A stretch of 64,000 bases of DNA from Eledone cirrhosa (GCA_964016885.1 OZ024740.1:63860001-63924000), one strand, 5' to 3'. Counted from the first letter of the stretch, positions 27,256-41,172 are shown. Notes: a model not told the origin generated them from the letters alone. Made by a program: numbers and translations.

Positions 27256-27808
27256 ATCAACTGGAAAAAGAAACATACCGAAAACAGAGGCTATATTAAC
27301 AGTAACAAACTAGCTAATATACGAAGAAATATTGTTAAGAAAAAGTTACTAACTGATATAGAAATTGATCAGATCAAACAATTAGCGCAAAGTCAGCGAA
27401 GGGAAAATGAAACATGGGTCAGTGAAAACGAAGTAAATTGTAACACTTTAAATCCCAGGGTTGGGGCGGAATCACTGACAGTAGAACAAATTAAAGAAAA
27501 GATCGATAAAGTGGAAGGAGTGCATGCTCAAGATGAAACTCAAAATGAAAACAATGAGATCATCAATGATAGAGAAATGAATGTGAATGAACTCGCCAAC
27601 CAGAATGAAATTATGATCGAATGGATGAAAATGAAAGAATCTGACATGGGGGAACGAGACACTCTCCCTAAGATCCAGAACTCCAAACAAAACCAAAGGA
27701 TAATACACAAGACTAACATAGTTCTCAAAAACATTATCATCACAAATAAACTAAACATTACTGATCTAAATCATCTCTATTATGCATCAGCTAAATTCAC
27801 CACTCACT
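27256..27808 (+). mobile_element. R4/Dong N-terminal fragment, inverted copy of ~13755-14311
   Basis: ORF 27511-27828 is near-identical to the first ~100 aa of minus-strand ORF 13392-14054. Confidence 0.93.
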
Positions 27809-28188
27809 GTACGTCTGTATACATATAAGTATGTACGTATACATACTTATATTTAAGTATCAGCCGTACTAAGAGTGAGAAATGAAATTTCATTTTTTCC
27901 ATTTATCGTTTTCGGTACGCCCGGCCGACTAACTCACTCGATATGCAAATTAGGCTGCTCAGCCGTTAATATACATAAGGAAAGTATATGCTTTCAAACG
28001 TTCTATCAACTGACAGGAAGGTATACGGTGCTAATGACAGCTAACAAGCTAGAAACAAGTTCATCGTTCCTTTGTCAGTGTTGAACAAAAAGGCAACGAT
28101 GGTTGCCGAACACTGTACGGCTTAATTCGGGCTGTTTGTTTACAAACAAACTGAACATTATAATAAATGTTCGGTAAACCCATACGTA

Positions 28189-28300
28189 CATATATATATG
28201 TGTGTATGTATGTATGTATGTATGTATGTATGTATGTATGTATGTATATACATACTACTGTACGTCTGTATACATATATGTATGTACGTATACATACTTA

Positions 28301-28359
<59 letters not shown>

Positions 28360-28362
28360 ATA
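28189..28362. repeat. (TATG)n / (AT)n microsatellite
   Basis: Read directly from the sequence. Confidence 0.97.
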
Positions 28363-28767
28363 TAACTTACTGTTTCATTTTGCATTTAGTTTAGCATCTT
28401 CAATGGCATGTTGGATAATTTCTACACTTTCTTTGAAAAGAAAATGCCATCAAGATACCGATTGAACCTGAAATGACACTAAAATCATTTTTAGATATGA
28501 ACTTATTTTCATTGACAGATAAAGTTTAAGTCATAACCTTAGAGAATATATTTCATTAGTGTTCCTCTTTGTAAAGTCAATCAAATGTTATATGTTAAAG
28601 ATTGAATTTTAATAAACTTTATGAACTATTAAAGCACTTAGCGTATTCGGAATTTGTGCAAATTACACTTAGAGATGGAAAAACGTGGACATATTCGCAT
28701 AAAAGGAATCAAACCCCATATCTCTTGAATACCGTGCAAGAGCATTACCATTATATTTTAGTTACAA

Positions 28768-29680
28768 CCTATATATAAAACTGAGGATGTCTGTCTGTGT
28801 GTGTGTGAGTTTGAATCCCTAAAACTCGAGAAACACCCAACCGACTGTTTTCAAATTTTACACATGTAATACTTATGTTTCAGGGAGTGTTCTGAGCAAA
28901 CAAAATTTCAAATTTTCAATGCCCTAAGGACCGCATTAGGCGATTTAGCGATCTCTCTCTATAATTCTTAGTCTTTCTCTTTTTAGATAGATACATACAT
29001 ATAACGTCGCCCTTATAATATCTGTCTGTATGTCTGACTGTCTGCATTACGTCACTTCCCTGAGGATGTCTGTGTGTGTGTGTCTGTGTGTGTGAGTTTG
29101 AATCCCTAAAACTCGAGAAATACCCAACCGACTTTTTTCAAACTTTACATGTGTATTACTTATGTTTCAGGGAGTGTTATGCACATAAAAAATTCAACTT
29201 TTTGATCCCCTAGGGCCCGCATTAGGTGAAAAATTGCGTTTTTTCATGTTTTTAGGAGTTTTTTGAAGCGTTACGTCAGACCGATTTCCTTGAAATTGTA
29301 ACTATGTATTAGTCAGTCTCTTCTTCATACCGTGAGCAAAGAAAATCCAACTTTTTTTCATGGCCTATGTGAAAAACTTCATTTTTCAGCTTTTTAGGGC
29401 TTTTTTGAGGCGTTACGTCTAGCCGATTTTCTAGAAATTTGAAGGCATATTATGCACATAAAAAAAATTTATTTTCTTGATCCCCTAGGGCTCGCATTAG
29501 GTGAAAACCTGCATTTTTCCTGCTTCATCGAGTAAAATCTTAAAGATTATCCAGCCATCAGAGTATTCGGTTTATTTTCTTAACATATTGTCCAGGCATT
29601 CAGTTTTTCTACGATTAGGTCTGTTGGCGGTCCGCGTTCCAAAATACCTTATCCCGTGCAACGCCGGGTACCACTGCTAG
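28768..29680 (+). mobile_element. non-autonomous Helitron-type element with internal tandem duplications
   Basis: 5' end (c)ctatatataaaa..gtctgtctgt. 3' hairpin cccgtgcaacgccggg followed by CTAG|T at 29677-29681. Internal repeat 28781-28945 vs 29060-29230. Confidence 0.85.
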
Positions 29681-29698
29681 TATAGTATAACATCTTAA

Positions 29699-29905
29699 CC
29701 CTTTAGCATTTACATTACTCTATATTTACTATTGTATTTTTGTAGTAAAGGCTTTATCTCACATAAATCAAATCTACAAGAGTTTGATATTGTTCATTTT
29801 GAGAATAATACCTTAACATAAGTATGAGCAGCTGGTTATGACCTGTTTGAACAGAAAGAGGTTTGAGAATTCTGGCCGGATACGGCTGGTTTAAATGCTA
29901 AAGGG
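29699..29905. mobile_element. piggyBac-type MITE
   Basis: 14-bp TIR ccctttagcattta/taaatgctaaaggg, with TTAA on both sides. Confidence 0.88.
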
Positions 29906-31339
29906 TTAAAAATATATTTGATGAAGTATCAGTCACTCCTTAGCATAACAGTAAATCACTTGCACATTATTCAAGAAATACACTATTTTCCATCTCTGAG
30001 GGCAATTTATTTACTTCTTTCAATTATTATCTATAGTGATTGAATGTTATTACAGTTATCTTCTTTGCTTGCAACTCTCACATTTGCAAATATTTCCTTT
30101 TTATTCAAGCATTTATCGAATAACTAAAGGTAACAGTTTTATGAGCAACTACTAATTTATATTCTTTGATCCATCCCTCCCTCCATCGCTACTCATTGTC
30201 TACCACCCCCTTGCATTTGTGTCTCTCTTGAATTTCCTAACACCTCCAAAGGGACAGAAACACTAACTTTGGAAACCATTACTATTCATAGCCTCTGAAT
30301 CTGCTAGAAATAGCAGTAAAATCTCCATCAAATCACATGCTACTACAGCTGTTGCTGAGTTCACTCTACCCACTTCCACAGCAGCCACCATCAGAATATA
30401 CAAATGTATAGTAACAGAAGAAAATTCAACATGTCTAGACTCTCGCAGTGCCACAATTACAATCAATGACTGCAAATCAGAATGTCTATTATGGCTGGTA
30501 CTCTAATACACTGTAATCTGGAATAACTCTGGTTGATAGCTGCATTATCAATAACATTATTAGTCCCACCATACACTACTCCAACCATACAGCTACAGAT
30601 TTAAAGTAGCACCTATCAAGCCTACTATCGTACATATGTTACATACACACGTATATGCATACACACACATAAAGGCATCTAATGAGACAGTTGTGTTTAT
30701 ATATGTATAGTGCTGGTTCCACAATAAAATGCACTCAGCCTACTCTGTAAATTGGTAGTGTTCGTGCTATGATAAAATGCACTCAGCCCACTGAAAGTGG
30801 TAGAGATGGAGTCATAATAAGATGCACTCAGCCCATTTTGCCAAATGGTGGTACTGGTATGAAAATAAAACATGCCCAATACATGGCGTTAAGGGGTTGG
30901 CATTAGGAAGAGTATCCAGCCATAGAAACCAATACAAAATGGAACCATTGAGTGAGAGACTGTCATCTGACACGTCTAACCTCAAAACATGACAAACATC
31001 TAACCCATACAATTTAAGCAAAAGGCTAGCAGTTTTGAGGGAGAGAGGTCACTTATACCAACCTCAGTATTTGACTAGTACTTTATTTTATTGGCTCTGA
31101 GTATAAGAGGAATCAAATGTCTGCAAGAAAGAAGACTGCACTCATAGAAGAAGCTGCAGTAGAAGAAGACCAAAGAAGACCTGGGCAAAAGTGCTGGGAG
31201 TGGATCTCAAAACACGCTGTACCTGTCGGAGATGATTATGAAGAAATTCAGTAAGTGGAGAGAAGCTGTACTGGAAAAGACCTGTCCAACCCATGTATAT
31301 ATGGAAAAGTAGACATAAAATGGATGATGAGGATGATGA

Positions 31340-31965
31340 GTAATGTCTTTTACTTTAAGCGCAAAGCCAGATATTTTGGGGTCGGGTGGGGGTGGGGGTG
31401 GGGTGGCGATCTAATTATATCGATTTCGGTACTTGACTGTCACTTTATTTTATCGACCTCGTAACGATTAAAGGCAAAGTTGACCTAACTCTCAAACAAC
31501 TTTGCCAATCCACATGGTGAATAATAATTTTTTATTTTTGCCACATAATCCAACAATTTTTAGGGGGGAAGGAGGAAGTTGATTATATTGACCTGATTTG
31601 TTGATTGATACTTTATTTTATGGAAACTAGAAGGATGAAAGCAAAGTTGACTTTGGCTGCATTTGAATTCAGAATGTAAAGAGTCATAACTAAATGTAAA
31701 TCATTTTATCTAATGTTCTAATGATTCTGCCAATCTATCACCCTTCTCCCATGATGAAGAATAATAGTTTCTACATTTTGTCAAGGCCAGCAATTTGAAG
31801 AGATGGGGAAAGTCGATTATATTAACCCTAGTGCATTACTGGTACATAAGGATGAAAGGCAAAACTAACCTCGGCAGGATTTGAACTCAGAACGTAAATG
31901 GATATAACTATATACCACCAATCATGTTGTCTAACTCTCTACTGATGCTGTTAATCCATTGTCCT
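31340..31965 (-). mobile_element. cluster of three old SINE copies
   Basis: Degenerate core (tactttatttta..gatgaaaggcaaagttgac..atttgaactcag) recurs at ~31440, ~31610 and ~31840. Confidence 0.75.
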
Positions 31966-32989
31966 TATGATGATGAGTAATGATTACAGAAATAGGAACC
32001 TGTTCCACAATGTCAAGGATGACACTGATCGGCTTTAACTTGGCGCAGTCATTGATGACAGAATACTACACCTCAACAGCGCTGATGTTGTCCTGAAAGA
32101 AAGAATCTATGGGGATTCTAAAAGTCCAGTGGATGTTTGGTAATATAAGATTGACCATAGAGGAAGTGGAAAGAGAAATAATTGGCGTTGGTCCTTGTCC
32201 TGAATTTGAAGCAAAGGCAAACACATTGATTTACCTTTTCTATTCCACATATTTGCAAACCTTGACATGGACCTACTCACAGGCCTGTCGTTTCTCTAAC
32301 CATTTTGATTAATTAATGGAGGTGCTAACCTCATTCACAATCTCTCTTCCCTTCTCAACACAGGCCAAACTAACCTAATGTTTCAAAGTCATTTCAGGTA
32401 GGACCATATAAGTTTGGAACTCAAATCAATAGACTCGATTTAAAAAAAAGAACATCAGATAACGTTGTCCTGTATTGATACCAAACCACCTGAAACGACG
32501 TCTGGTTCAATGATACAAAACTGTTTATACTAAAAACCTATTATTTTAAAGTCATCATCATCATTATCACCATCATCATTTAACACCTGTTTTCCATGTT
32601 GACATGGGTTGGATGTCTCATCACAGACCAAATCAGAACTTAATCAGTGCTACTGTCTTCACACATTCAAGTTTTGGTAAGGTTTTTATATCTAAAAGCT
32701 CTCCCTAACACCCACCATTTTACAAAGTGTAACAGGCTCATTGTTTTTCATGATACCAGCATTAAGAAAGTTGTCATGCCTTTGAGACAACTGAAAGGTT
32801 CTCTTAACTCTTTGTATAGCATAGTTTCTATGGCTAGATGCCTTTCCTAATACCAGACGCTTTATTTACTATATTACTGTTATATTTACATTAAGTTAGA
32901 TTGCTTTGAAAAATGTAAAAATTGTCTATTATACCGTCAGTGCATGGAAAAGCATATGACATTACATTTAAGCATTTTTCAGAATATAG

Positions 32990-33225
32990 AAGGAAGAAGG
33001 ATTAAAAGGTGACGGAAGGAGATGGTAATGAGGAGGAAAGGAATAGAAGGAAGAGCAGGTAGGAAGAAGAAGAGGAGGAGGAGGAAGGAGAAGGGGATAA
33101 ATAGGGAGAGGATGAAAAAGAGGATGTGGAGGTAAGGGGAGGAGGTAAGAGGAAGACGATGAGTAAGTGGAAGAAGAGGTGTAGGAGGGAAAATCGATGA
33201 CGATAAAGACCAAAAGAAGATGAAA
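32990..33225. repeat. purine-rich (GGA/GAA) low-complexity tract
   Basis: Read directly from the sequence. Confidence 0.85.
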
Positions 33226-33524
33226 AGTAATTATGTTGGTTGGAAAAAACATCCTGTCTAAATCAGGGTCTACCAGGTCCATAGAGGAAATAGTTTAACA
33301 ATTCTTTTATTTTCATTTGAATATCCTGGAGTAATATTGGGTTTTATTATATATACAGTAAGAGAAATGCTCACCTCAATATATAATTAAATCAAGCCCA
33401 GAAGCTCATCAAGTTTCACTGGCACTAATCCTATTGATATAAAACTGTCTGAAACTGCCCCTGGTTCTAGAAAGAAAAACATTTTAATTCTAATTAACGG
33501 TCAGAGACCATTTTTTGCTTTTAC

Positions 33525-34742
33525 TTTCTGTCGAAAATTTGGTAAAAAAAGGATTTCGAAAATTTAGCCAAAACCTTTTTCGAAAATATAGACAAATGTT
33601 TTTACGAAAATGTTGAAAAGTAATTTTCGAAAATTTAGCCAGAAAATTTAGCCAAAACAAAATTTGGTCAAAACTTTTTTCGAAAATATAGCCAAAGACA
33701 AAAAAAAAAAAAAAAATCTAAATTGTTTTCGAAAATTTGAAGAAAAATATTTTTCAAAAATTTGTTCCAGAAATTCTTTTCGAAAATATTTCCAGAATTT
33801 TATTTTTCGAAAATTTTCTCAAAATTTATTTAAAGAATTTAATTAAAATTTTTTCAAAAATTTGGCTAAATCTATTTCGAGAATTTCACCAAAAATTATT
33901 TTAGAAAATTCAGCCAAATTTTTCGAAATTTGGTCAAAAATTGTTTTCAGACGTTCTGCGAAAAAATGCTTGATGCATGGCTTTTGAAAATTTGCTCAGA
34001 AATTATTTTTAGAATATATGGCCAAATATTTTTTCAATTTTTCTCACTCCCCAATTTTTCAATAAAAAGTTTCCCCAAAAATTTTTTCAAAAATATTAAA
34101 ATCCTTTTTTTCGAAAGTTTTGCCAGACACTGTTTTTCAAAAAATTTGGTCGAACATTTTTTTTTGAAAATTTTGCCAAAAATATTTTTGTGAATTTTGC
34201 TTAAAATCTTTTTCGAAAATTGTTTTCAAAAATGTTTCGAAAAATTTCTCAAAATATATTTAAAAAATTTAATTAAATATTTTTCGGGAATTTCATTAAA
34301 AATTATTTTAGAAAATTAGCCAATTTTTTGAATATTTGACCAAAAGTTCCTTATTGAAAAAAATCGACCAAAAACTGTTTTTCGAAATTTGGTCAAAATT
34401 TTTTCGAAAATTTAGCCAAAAATTGTTTTCAGACATTTTGCGAAAAAATGCTTTTTAAAAATTTTATCAAAGTTTTTTTTTCGGAAATATAGTTCGAATT
34501 TTATTCTAAAATTTGCACAAAGGCTTTTGAAAATTTGATCAGAAATTCTTTTTAGAATATATAGCCGAATATTTTTTCAATTTTTTTCACTCCCCAATTT
34601 TTCAATAAAAATTTCCCCCAAAATGTTTTCAAAAATATTAAAATTCTTTTTTCTAAAGTTTTTTTTTTGCTTAAAATCTTTTTCGAAAATTGTTTTTAAA
34701 AATGTTTCGTTAATTTGCCCAAGGATTTATTTCGAAAATTCA
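33525..34742. repeat. degenerate AT-rich minisatellite (ttttcgaaaattt..ccaaaa, ~22-25 bp) with higher-order duplication
   Basis: Dozens of ttttcgaaaa variants. Block 33980-34115 recurs at 34522-34660. Confidence 0.9.
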
Positions 34743-34884
34743 TTCTCTCTCTCTCTCTCTCACACACACACATATTTAATGCATGTAAACCCTATAAAAT
34801 TATTAAGTTGTATCAGTCCTGGCTCACAAAGTACAAGTTGCATGTTTTGCCTGAGTGTATTGAGTAAGTCCTTAATGTTACGAT

Positions 34885-35210
34885 AATCCCTAATTCGGTT
34901 GTGCAGCTGTTGGTAGAAACTGCTAGTGCTGGTTTACATGTATCTATGAACCCATAACTCCAAGTGGAGTCGTACGGATGCTGCAGTGACATACGGCGTT
35001 TGTTGGGCAATTTTATAAACTTGTCGAAGTTCATCTCCTCGCCAGTTCTGAACACAGTTAATGTCTTCCAGAAAAGTTGACAGAGTAATAAAGAAGAACC
35101 GAGAAAGATATAAAGTAAGAATTGTATTGAACTCTAGGGAGTAGAGTTTCTGTTCCTTCAGCCTCTCCCAGTAGCTTTTTGTCATGACACCAACATGACC
35201 ACCTTACAGT
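34885..35210 (-). mobile_element. CR1/L2-group LINE 3' relic
   Basis: Translates SYWERLKEQKLYSLE, typical of the C-terminus of CR1-group RTs. Confidence 0.6.
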
Positions 35211-38014
35211 GTGAACCAGACGTTTTTTGTTGTAAATGACCACATTACAGTGTGGACTGGGCAATTTTTGTTGTGGCACCAAAACAAACACTTTACAATG
35301 TGGACTGGAGGCTAGATGGAGCAGGTGCATGTATAAAGCATGGGGATTGGAAATGTGTTCCAGGGAGGAGGCGGGTGAAGGGTGGAGTGTTAGGACATGG
35401 GAAATATTGAACTAGTACTTAAAAAAAAAGACGAACTGCAAAGTTGACCTCGGCAGGATTTAAACTCAGAGTGCAGAGTCGCAACACATACTGCAAAACA
35501 ATCTATCAAACGTTCCAACGACTATGGCATTGATTTATATGTATTAAATAGTATTTACACTGTACTTTCTTTAACGTATAGAGTACTAAGTTGAAGAATG
35601 GTCTTACTACTTGTTAATTAGTAGCATCGTATCCATATATATGGCACAACAATGATGAAAATATTTCAACAGGAATATTTGATTGTTTATTTCCACAACG
35701 AAACTATTTATTTTCGCTATTATATTTTTGATATCCTTCCATACTTATGATTCATGAGTATTAGTTTTCAGGAACCAGTTTCGTCAGCTATATATTACAA
35801 TGGCTGTACATAACGTCATCAAAATAATCCAATTGGTGTGATTTATATATCGTTTTTTTCACTCGCTTCAACTATTTCCAATGTTTTATATATTTACATT
35901 CGCTTCACTGACGTTCATGACATTTCTTTTTGTGATGCATGTAGAAATGTCATGTTGTTAGGAAAACAAATAGTTCCCATGAACAGCCCGAACGGCCTCA
36001 TCATAAATTCTTATCGAATCAACACGTCAGATCTATAACATTTACCGAATGTAATGCCACGACCACGATTCATGGTTATAAATCCCTCCATAGACGCATT
36101 GCACGAATAAAACCTATAAAAGAAGGTGCATGTATTAAAATAAGGATTCCACAAAAATTGTCCGAAAGTCAAACATTAATCGACAGCATTGTAGTAAATC
36201 GAATCGACCGTATTACATTAACAGCAACTTATTTCACCGATAGTGAAAGCACATGGCATAATAGTTATAATGTTGAGCACATGATCATCAGGTCTTGGCT
36301 TCGATTTCTAGACTGGGGCTAATTTTGTCCTTGATCAAAGCACTAAACTTTACACTGTTTCAGTTGACTAAACTAAAAATGAGTGCCGGTGGTGGTGATT
36401 GGGTTAACCCTGCCACAGACTGCCGTCCAGTTCACAAAGGAGACATGTACACTCAGTCATTTTATGTCACATTAAACCAAGATAAGCTTCTAGTTTCGTC
36501 TAACCCGCGCAAATTGACGGAAAACTCTAATTCCACGTCTATCTTACTGATGTAGCAAAAATAACAGGATATGATGTCACAACAATAGATACACAGCTTT
36601 ATGTTTTGCCTTTCGAATCCTATCGAGGTTGACTTTGAAGCAAAGTTTTAGTTGTTGTGGATGATAAATACGACAAATACCAATAATTCTGGTTGAATTT
36701 AAATCTTTACTTTACTTCAGCAAAAAGGAAAAATATTATTACTTGGAATCGTAAATATAAAATTTGATTATAGTATTCACAAATGAATATAGTGTTCAAC
36801 AGGGCTTCTATGTCATGCGGGAGTCTCTTTGTTTACAATGGGATGTTCTCAAGTTGTATTAAGACAGTATGTACCAGCAAAGATAGTAAACTATATTATG
36901 GTGAGGTTGTGTTGTACAAGCGCAGTGACGGATCCGTGTTGTCTTGGAGAAGAGGCAGATGACTGTGTGTTGTTGAAGTGCCAACGGAAGAATTATTGTC
37001 GGACCCTTGTCGAGAGGGCTGGAATATTTGGCTAAAAGCTACATCTCTCTATTTGCTAAAGCAATTCCGTGTAACGTCTCCTTTTTGAGAGATAAGAGCA
37101 GAATGTGTGTTGAAGCTAGTTAATCTCTGATAAACTGGAAGATACTAGATTTTGAAACAAAAGAAAATAAACAACGCGTTGTCTAGAGGTCAGCATATGT
37201 GGTTACACTGACCTACTTTGCTAACATCAAAACAAGAGTTTAAATTACTGCTACAACTTCACCTCTTATCTTTTGCTGGGTCGATAAAATAACACCAAGA
37301 AAGTACTGGAAACAATATAATCACTTATACTTTAAAGACATTTACGACTTTGTGCCTATGTTAGAATTCAAGTGTATGTATGAGTGTGGGAGATGTCACT
37401 TGTGAGTGCAACTGGTAACAAGTTAATTAAGTGTAACCTGTTGAATGGTTGGGTTATCGGCGACTAAACCGGCAACCCTACGAAATTTGCATAGTGAAAA
37501 TGGTGAATATTACACATTCTTGCAAATTTCCGGCCCGTATTTATTGTCTGGGGATAACGTCAACCCATCAGGACCCCAAAACGTTTATGTGCATTGTGCA
37601 TTCTTTCTGACTAAGAGATTACAAAATGACAATAAACCACCGATTTCTTATATAGGCATTACTTCTTAAGTAACAATAAAATGTGTCCCATCATTCTGGG
37701 AAACCCTGTATATGGGATGGGGGACTGATAGAAGCTTGTGTGATGTCCAATAATATTAGTAATATGAAAGAATAGAATTCTTCTATGGCATTTTATTTAA
37801 TTTACTATTTTTTTAAATCAATTTTTTTTATAGCAGTTGGCGATTTGGCAGAATCGTTAGATCTTCGGGTATAAAGACTATTTGTTTTCACTCTCAACGC
37901 CGAGTTCAACTTTGCCTTTCATCTTTTTGGAATGGATAAACCATCAGTTCAGTAGTGGGATCGATCTTTTTTCCATTTCATTCTGTCCCACATTTAGAAA
38001 CAAAATTCAATAAT

Positions 38015-38197
38015 TGTTTCTACTTTTGGCACAAGGCCAGCAATTACCCAGTACATTACTGGTACTTTATTTTATCGACCCCTTAAGGATGAAAGGCAAA
38101 GTTAACCTCGGCGGGATTTGAACTCAGTATTGCAAGGGCCGTAACTCTATGCGTCAAAGCATGGCGTCCGACCCTCTACCGATACTGCCAATCCACC
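38015..38197 (-). mobile_element. tRNA-derived SINE
   Basis: 15-bp TSD acaaaattcaataat at 38000-38014 and 38198-38212. Confidence 0.95.
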
Positions 38198-38436
38198 ACA
38201 AAATTCAATAATAAGCACATATCATTCATCGACCTACTGATGTAAGGAAGGAATTTCACACCGTATTTCTGAGTAGCACCGTTAGATAGATTGCTAAAGC
38301 ACCAGTATTTACGATGGTGAGAATAACGAGTTTTTTTTTAGTATCTCGGGTCGCACATACAAATAGCGTAAGATAAGTTACATGTTTATGGTTTGGTTTT
38401 CACTATTCACATCTTATGTCAATATACTCAAGCAAA

Positions 38437-38438
<2 letters not shown>

Positions 38439-38530
<92 letters not shown>

Positions 38531-38548
38531 ACACACATACACACACAC
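38439..38548. repeat. (CA)n microsatellite
   Basis: Read directly from the sequence. Confidence 0.99.
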
Positions 38549-39296
38549 CCTCTCTTTCTCTTTCTCATGCACATATTCTCACATCACTCACGCTCACATA
38601 GACACAACTCTCTTTCACACACACTCAAACACACACATGCGCACTCTCTCTCTTCCTCCCTCTTATGCACATATTCTCATATTACTCACGCTCACATAGA
38701 CACACACATACCCAAACACATACAGAGAGACACACACACACTCATTCACTCCCTCTCTCTACCTCTCTATCTCTTTCTTTCTCTCTTTTATCGATTTAAG
38801 TCCTTGGATAGCAGCGATACTGGGTTATCACTCACCTACAAGAAATTTTATCAATCACATTGACCCTTGCTATTTATTTTATAGATTTATGTTTATCGAA
38901 TTGTTCAGTTACTGTTTGACACAAAGGGACTCAACAGAGCTTATACAGGCATACACAAAACCATATACACAAAAACATACACGCAAGCATGCATACGGGC
39001 ATACAGACATACACAGGGGTGGTGGAATTAAAGGGAGTGGGGAGTGATGCCCCCCCCCCCCCCCCAATTATATTTTTCTCCCCAAACTACCATATGCGCT
39101 ACATGTAAATATAGAGAGGGAAATTGGCAAAGAGATCCGTGCCGTAGTTATAGAGAGGGGTTAAATGCGCAGGTGAAACTTTAGAGTAACAAAGCTTACC
39201 AATAACCATAATAAATGAACACACGCACACACACGCACACACAATAGTCTCTTACAATAAAATAGCTCAAGGAAAGAGATTTTTCCGGGCCATGTA

Positions 39297-39722
39297 ATAT
39301 AATTGAATATAAAAGAGAGATAAACACAGATATATACATATATGTGTCCCTTACGACTTGAACACATATATGTATATATCAGTGTTTATCTCTCTTTTAT
39401 ATTCAATTATATAGGGAGTGTAACGTGAAGTTACTGTAGGTTCACCCAGGTGAGCACTCCATGTTTAGGTTCACGTCAGTGGCGAGGTGTAGAGCTTGAC
39501 AGAATATAATATAATAATACATGGACGATTTGTTAAGTCTTCATTACGTTTATTGAATGGTGACGTGCGTTTCGCTATTGATCAGCTCAAGTTTCGATCT
39601 GTATCGATCTGGCCCGATCGATACAGATCGAACCTTGAGCTGATCAATAGCGAAACGCACGTCACAAATCAACAAACGTAATTAAGGCTTAACAAATCGT
39701 CCATGTATTATTATATTATATT
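39297..39722. mobile_element. two adjacent fold-back elements, probably PLE-derived
   Basis: Inverted repeats 39297-39347/39362-39412 and 39503-39609/39616-39722. The second carries GAAACGCACGTC followed by AATAAA on the minus arm. Confidence 0.6.
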
Positions 39723-39789
39723 ATTGTGCCAAAAGTAGAAACAATTATATTATATTATATTATATTATATTATATTATATTATAAAAGG

Positions 39790-39965
39790 GGGTGGATCGG
39801 TAGAGGGTCGGACGCTATGCTTTGACGCAAAGAGTTACGGCCCTTTCCATTCTGAGTTCAAATCCCGCCGAGATTAACTTTGCCTTTCATCCCACGGGGT
39901 CGATAAAATAAAGTACCAGTAATGTACTGGGTATTTGCTGGCCTTGTCCCAAAAGTAGAAACAGT
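39790..39965 (+). mobile_element. tRNA-derived SINE
   Basis: Matches the family head, core and tail. Confidence 0.9.
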
Positions 39966-40092
39966 TATATTATATATATATATAGGAGATGAATAAATTG
40001 GATATAATACCAGTTTATTACCAAATGTGAAAAAGCTTGATATATTAACAGAGCAATTTTTTTTCAAAATTATATATGTATATATATACATA

Positions 40093-40318
40093 CAGAGGCG
40101 GTGGAACCGAGGGGGCCATGACCCCTCCCCACAATAATTATATTTTCTCTCCAAATTTCTAAAACACATCTATTTAGATATGCGCCACAAATTATGTTTA
40201 TCGGATATCGGATATCGAAGTTTTCTGACTATTTTAGAGTGCAAAGAGCTAAACTAACCACTACATCTAAATTGTCCAAATTTGGCCCCCCAATTCAGAA
40301 ATGCTTCCACCGTCCCTG
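40093..40318. mobile_element. hAT-like MITE
   Basis: Imperfect TIR cagaggcggtggaa/ttccaccgtccctg, with atacata at both flanks. Partial relative at 39013-39090. Confidence 0.6.
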
Positions 40319-40431
40319 ATACATATATATAACTTCACAAACATGCACATATATACGTACACATACACACACTCTCACTCATGTAAACTCTTACCTGTAC
40401 AAACATTCACACATCCACACACATATATAAT

Positions 40432-41172
40432 GGTTTCTGATTTAGGCACGTGGCCATCAATTTTGAGGAGGAAAAGCCGATTAAATCTACCCCAGTGTGT
40501 TACTGGTTCTTTATTTTATTAACCCCGTAAGGATGAAAAGCAAAGCTAACTTCGGCGGGATTTGAACTCAGAATATAAAGGGCCGAAACTCTATGCAAAA
40601 AGCATATTATCCGACGCTCTACCGATACTGCCAATCCATCACTCTTCACGTACACATAAAATGGTTTCTAATTTAGACACAAGGCCAGTAATTTGGGGGA
40701 GGGAATGTCTATTAAATCGACCCCAGTGCGCTACGGGTACTTTATTTTATCGACCCCGTAAGGATAAAAGGCAAAGCAAACCTAGGAGGGATTTGAACTC
40801 AGAACGCAAATGGGAGTAACTCTATGCCAAAAACATTATCCGACGCTTTACCAATATTGCAAAATCCACCATCCTTCACGCACACATATATAATAAATAC
40901 GAAGTGCCCTACAGTTTTCTTCCACCAAATCCCACTGACAAATTTATTTTTGATAATCCATATTTTTCATTTTGTCAACATAACCAGTTTCTACTTTTGG
41001 CACAAGGCCAGCAATTACCCCAGTGCATTACTGGCACTTTATTTTATCGACCCCGCAAGAACGAAAGTCAAAGTTCACCTCAGCGGGATTTGAACTCAGA
41101 CCGTAAAGGGCCATAACTCTATGCTGAAAAGCATGGTGTCTGACGTTTTACCGATACTGCCAAACCACCACC
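40432..41172 (-). mobile_element. three SINE copies (40432-40640, 40662-40872, 40987-41172)
   Basis: Each has the family tail, core and tRNA-like head. Confidence 0.88.

Noticed and set aside
30700-30860. Three spaced repeats (taaaatgcactcagcc) resembling a CRISPR array
   Set aside because: Eukaryotic context, the spacers are mutually similar and there are no cas genes. It is an internal tandem repeat of an RTE-related SINE.
38382-38863. HT/CV/IY/YLSI repeat ORFs here and at 28158-28465, 41119-41464, 43597-43879 and 50208-50465
   Set aside because: These are translations of microsatellites.
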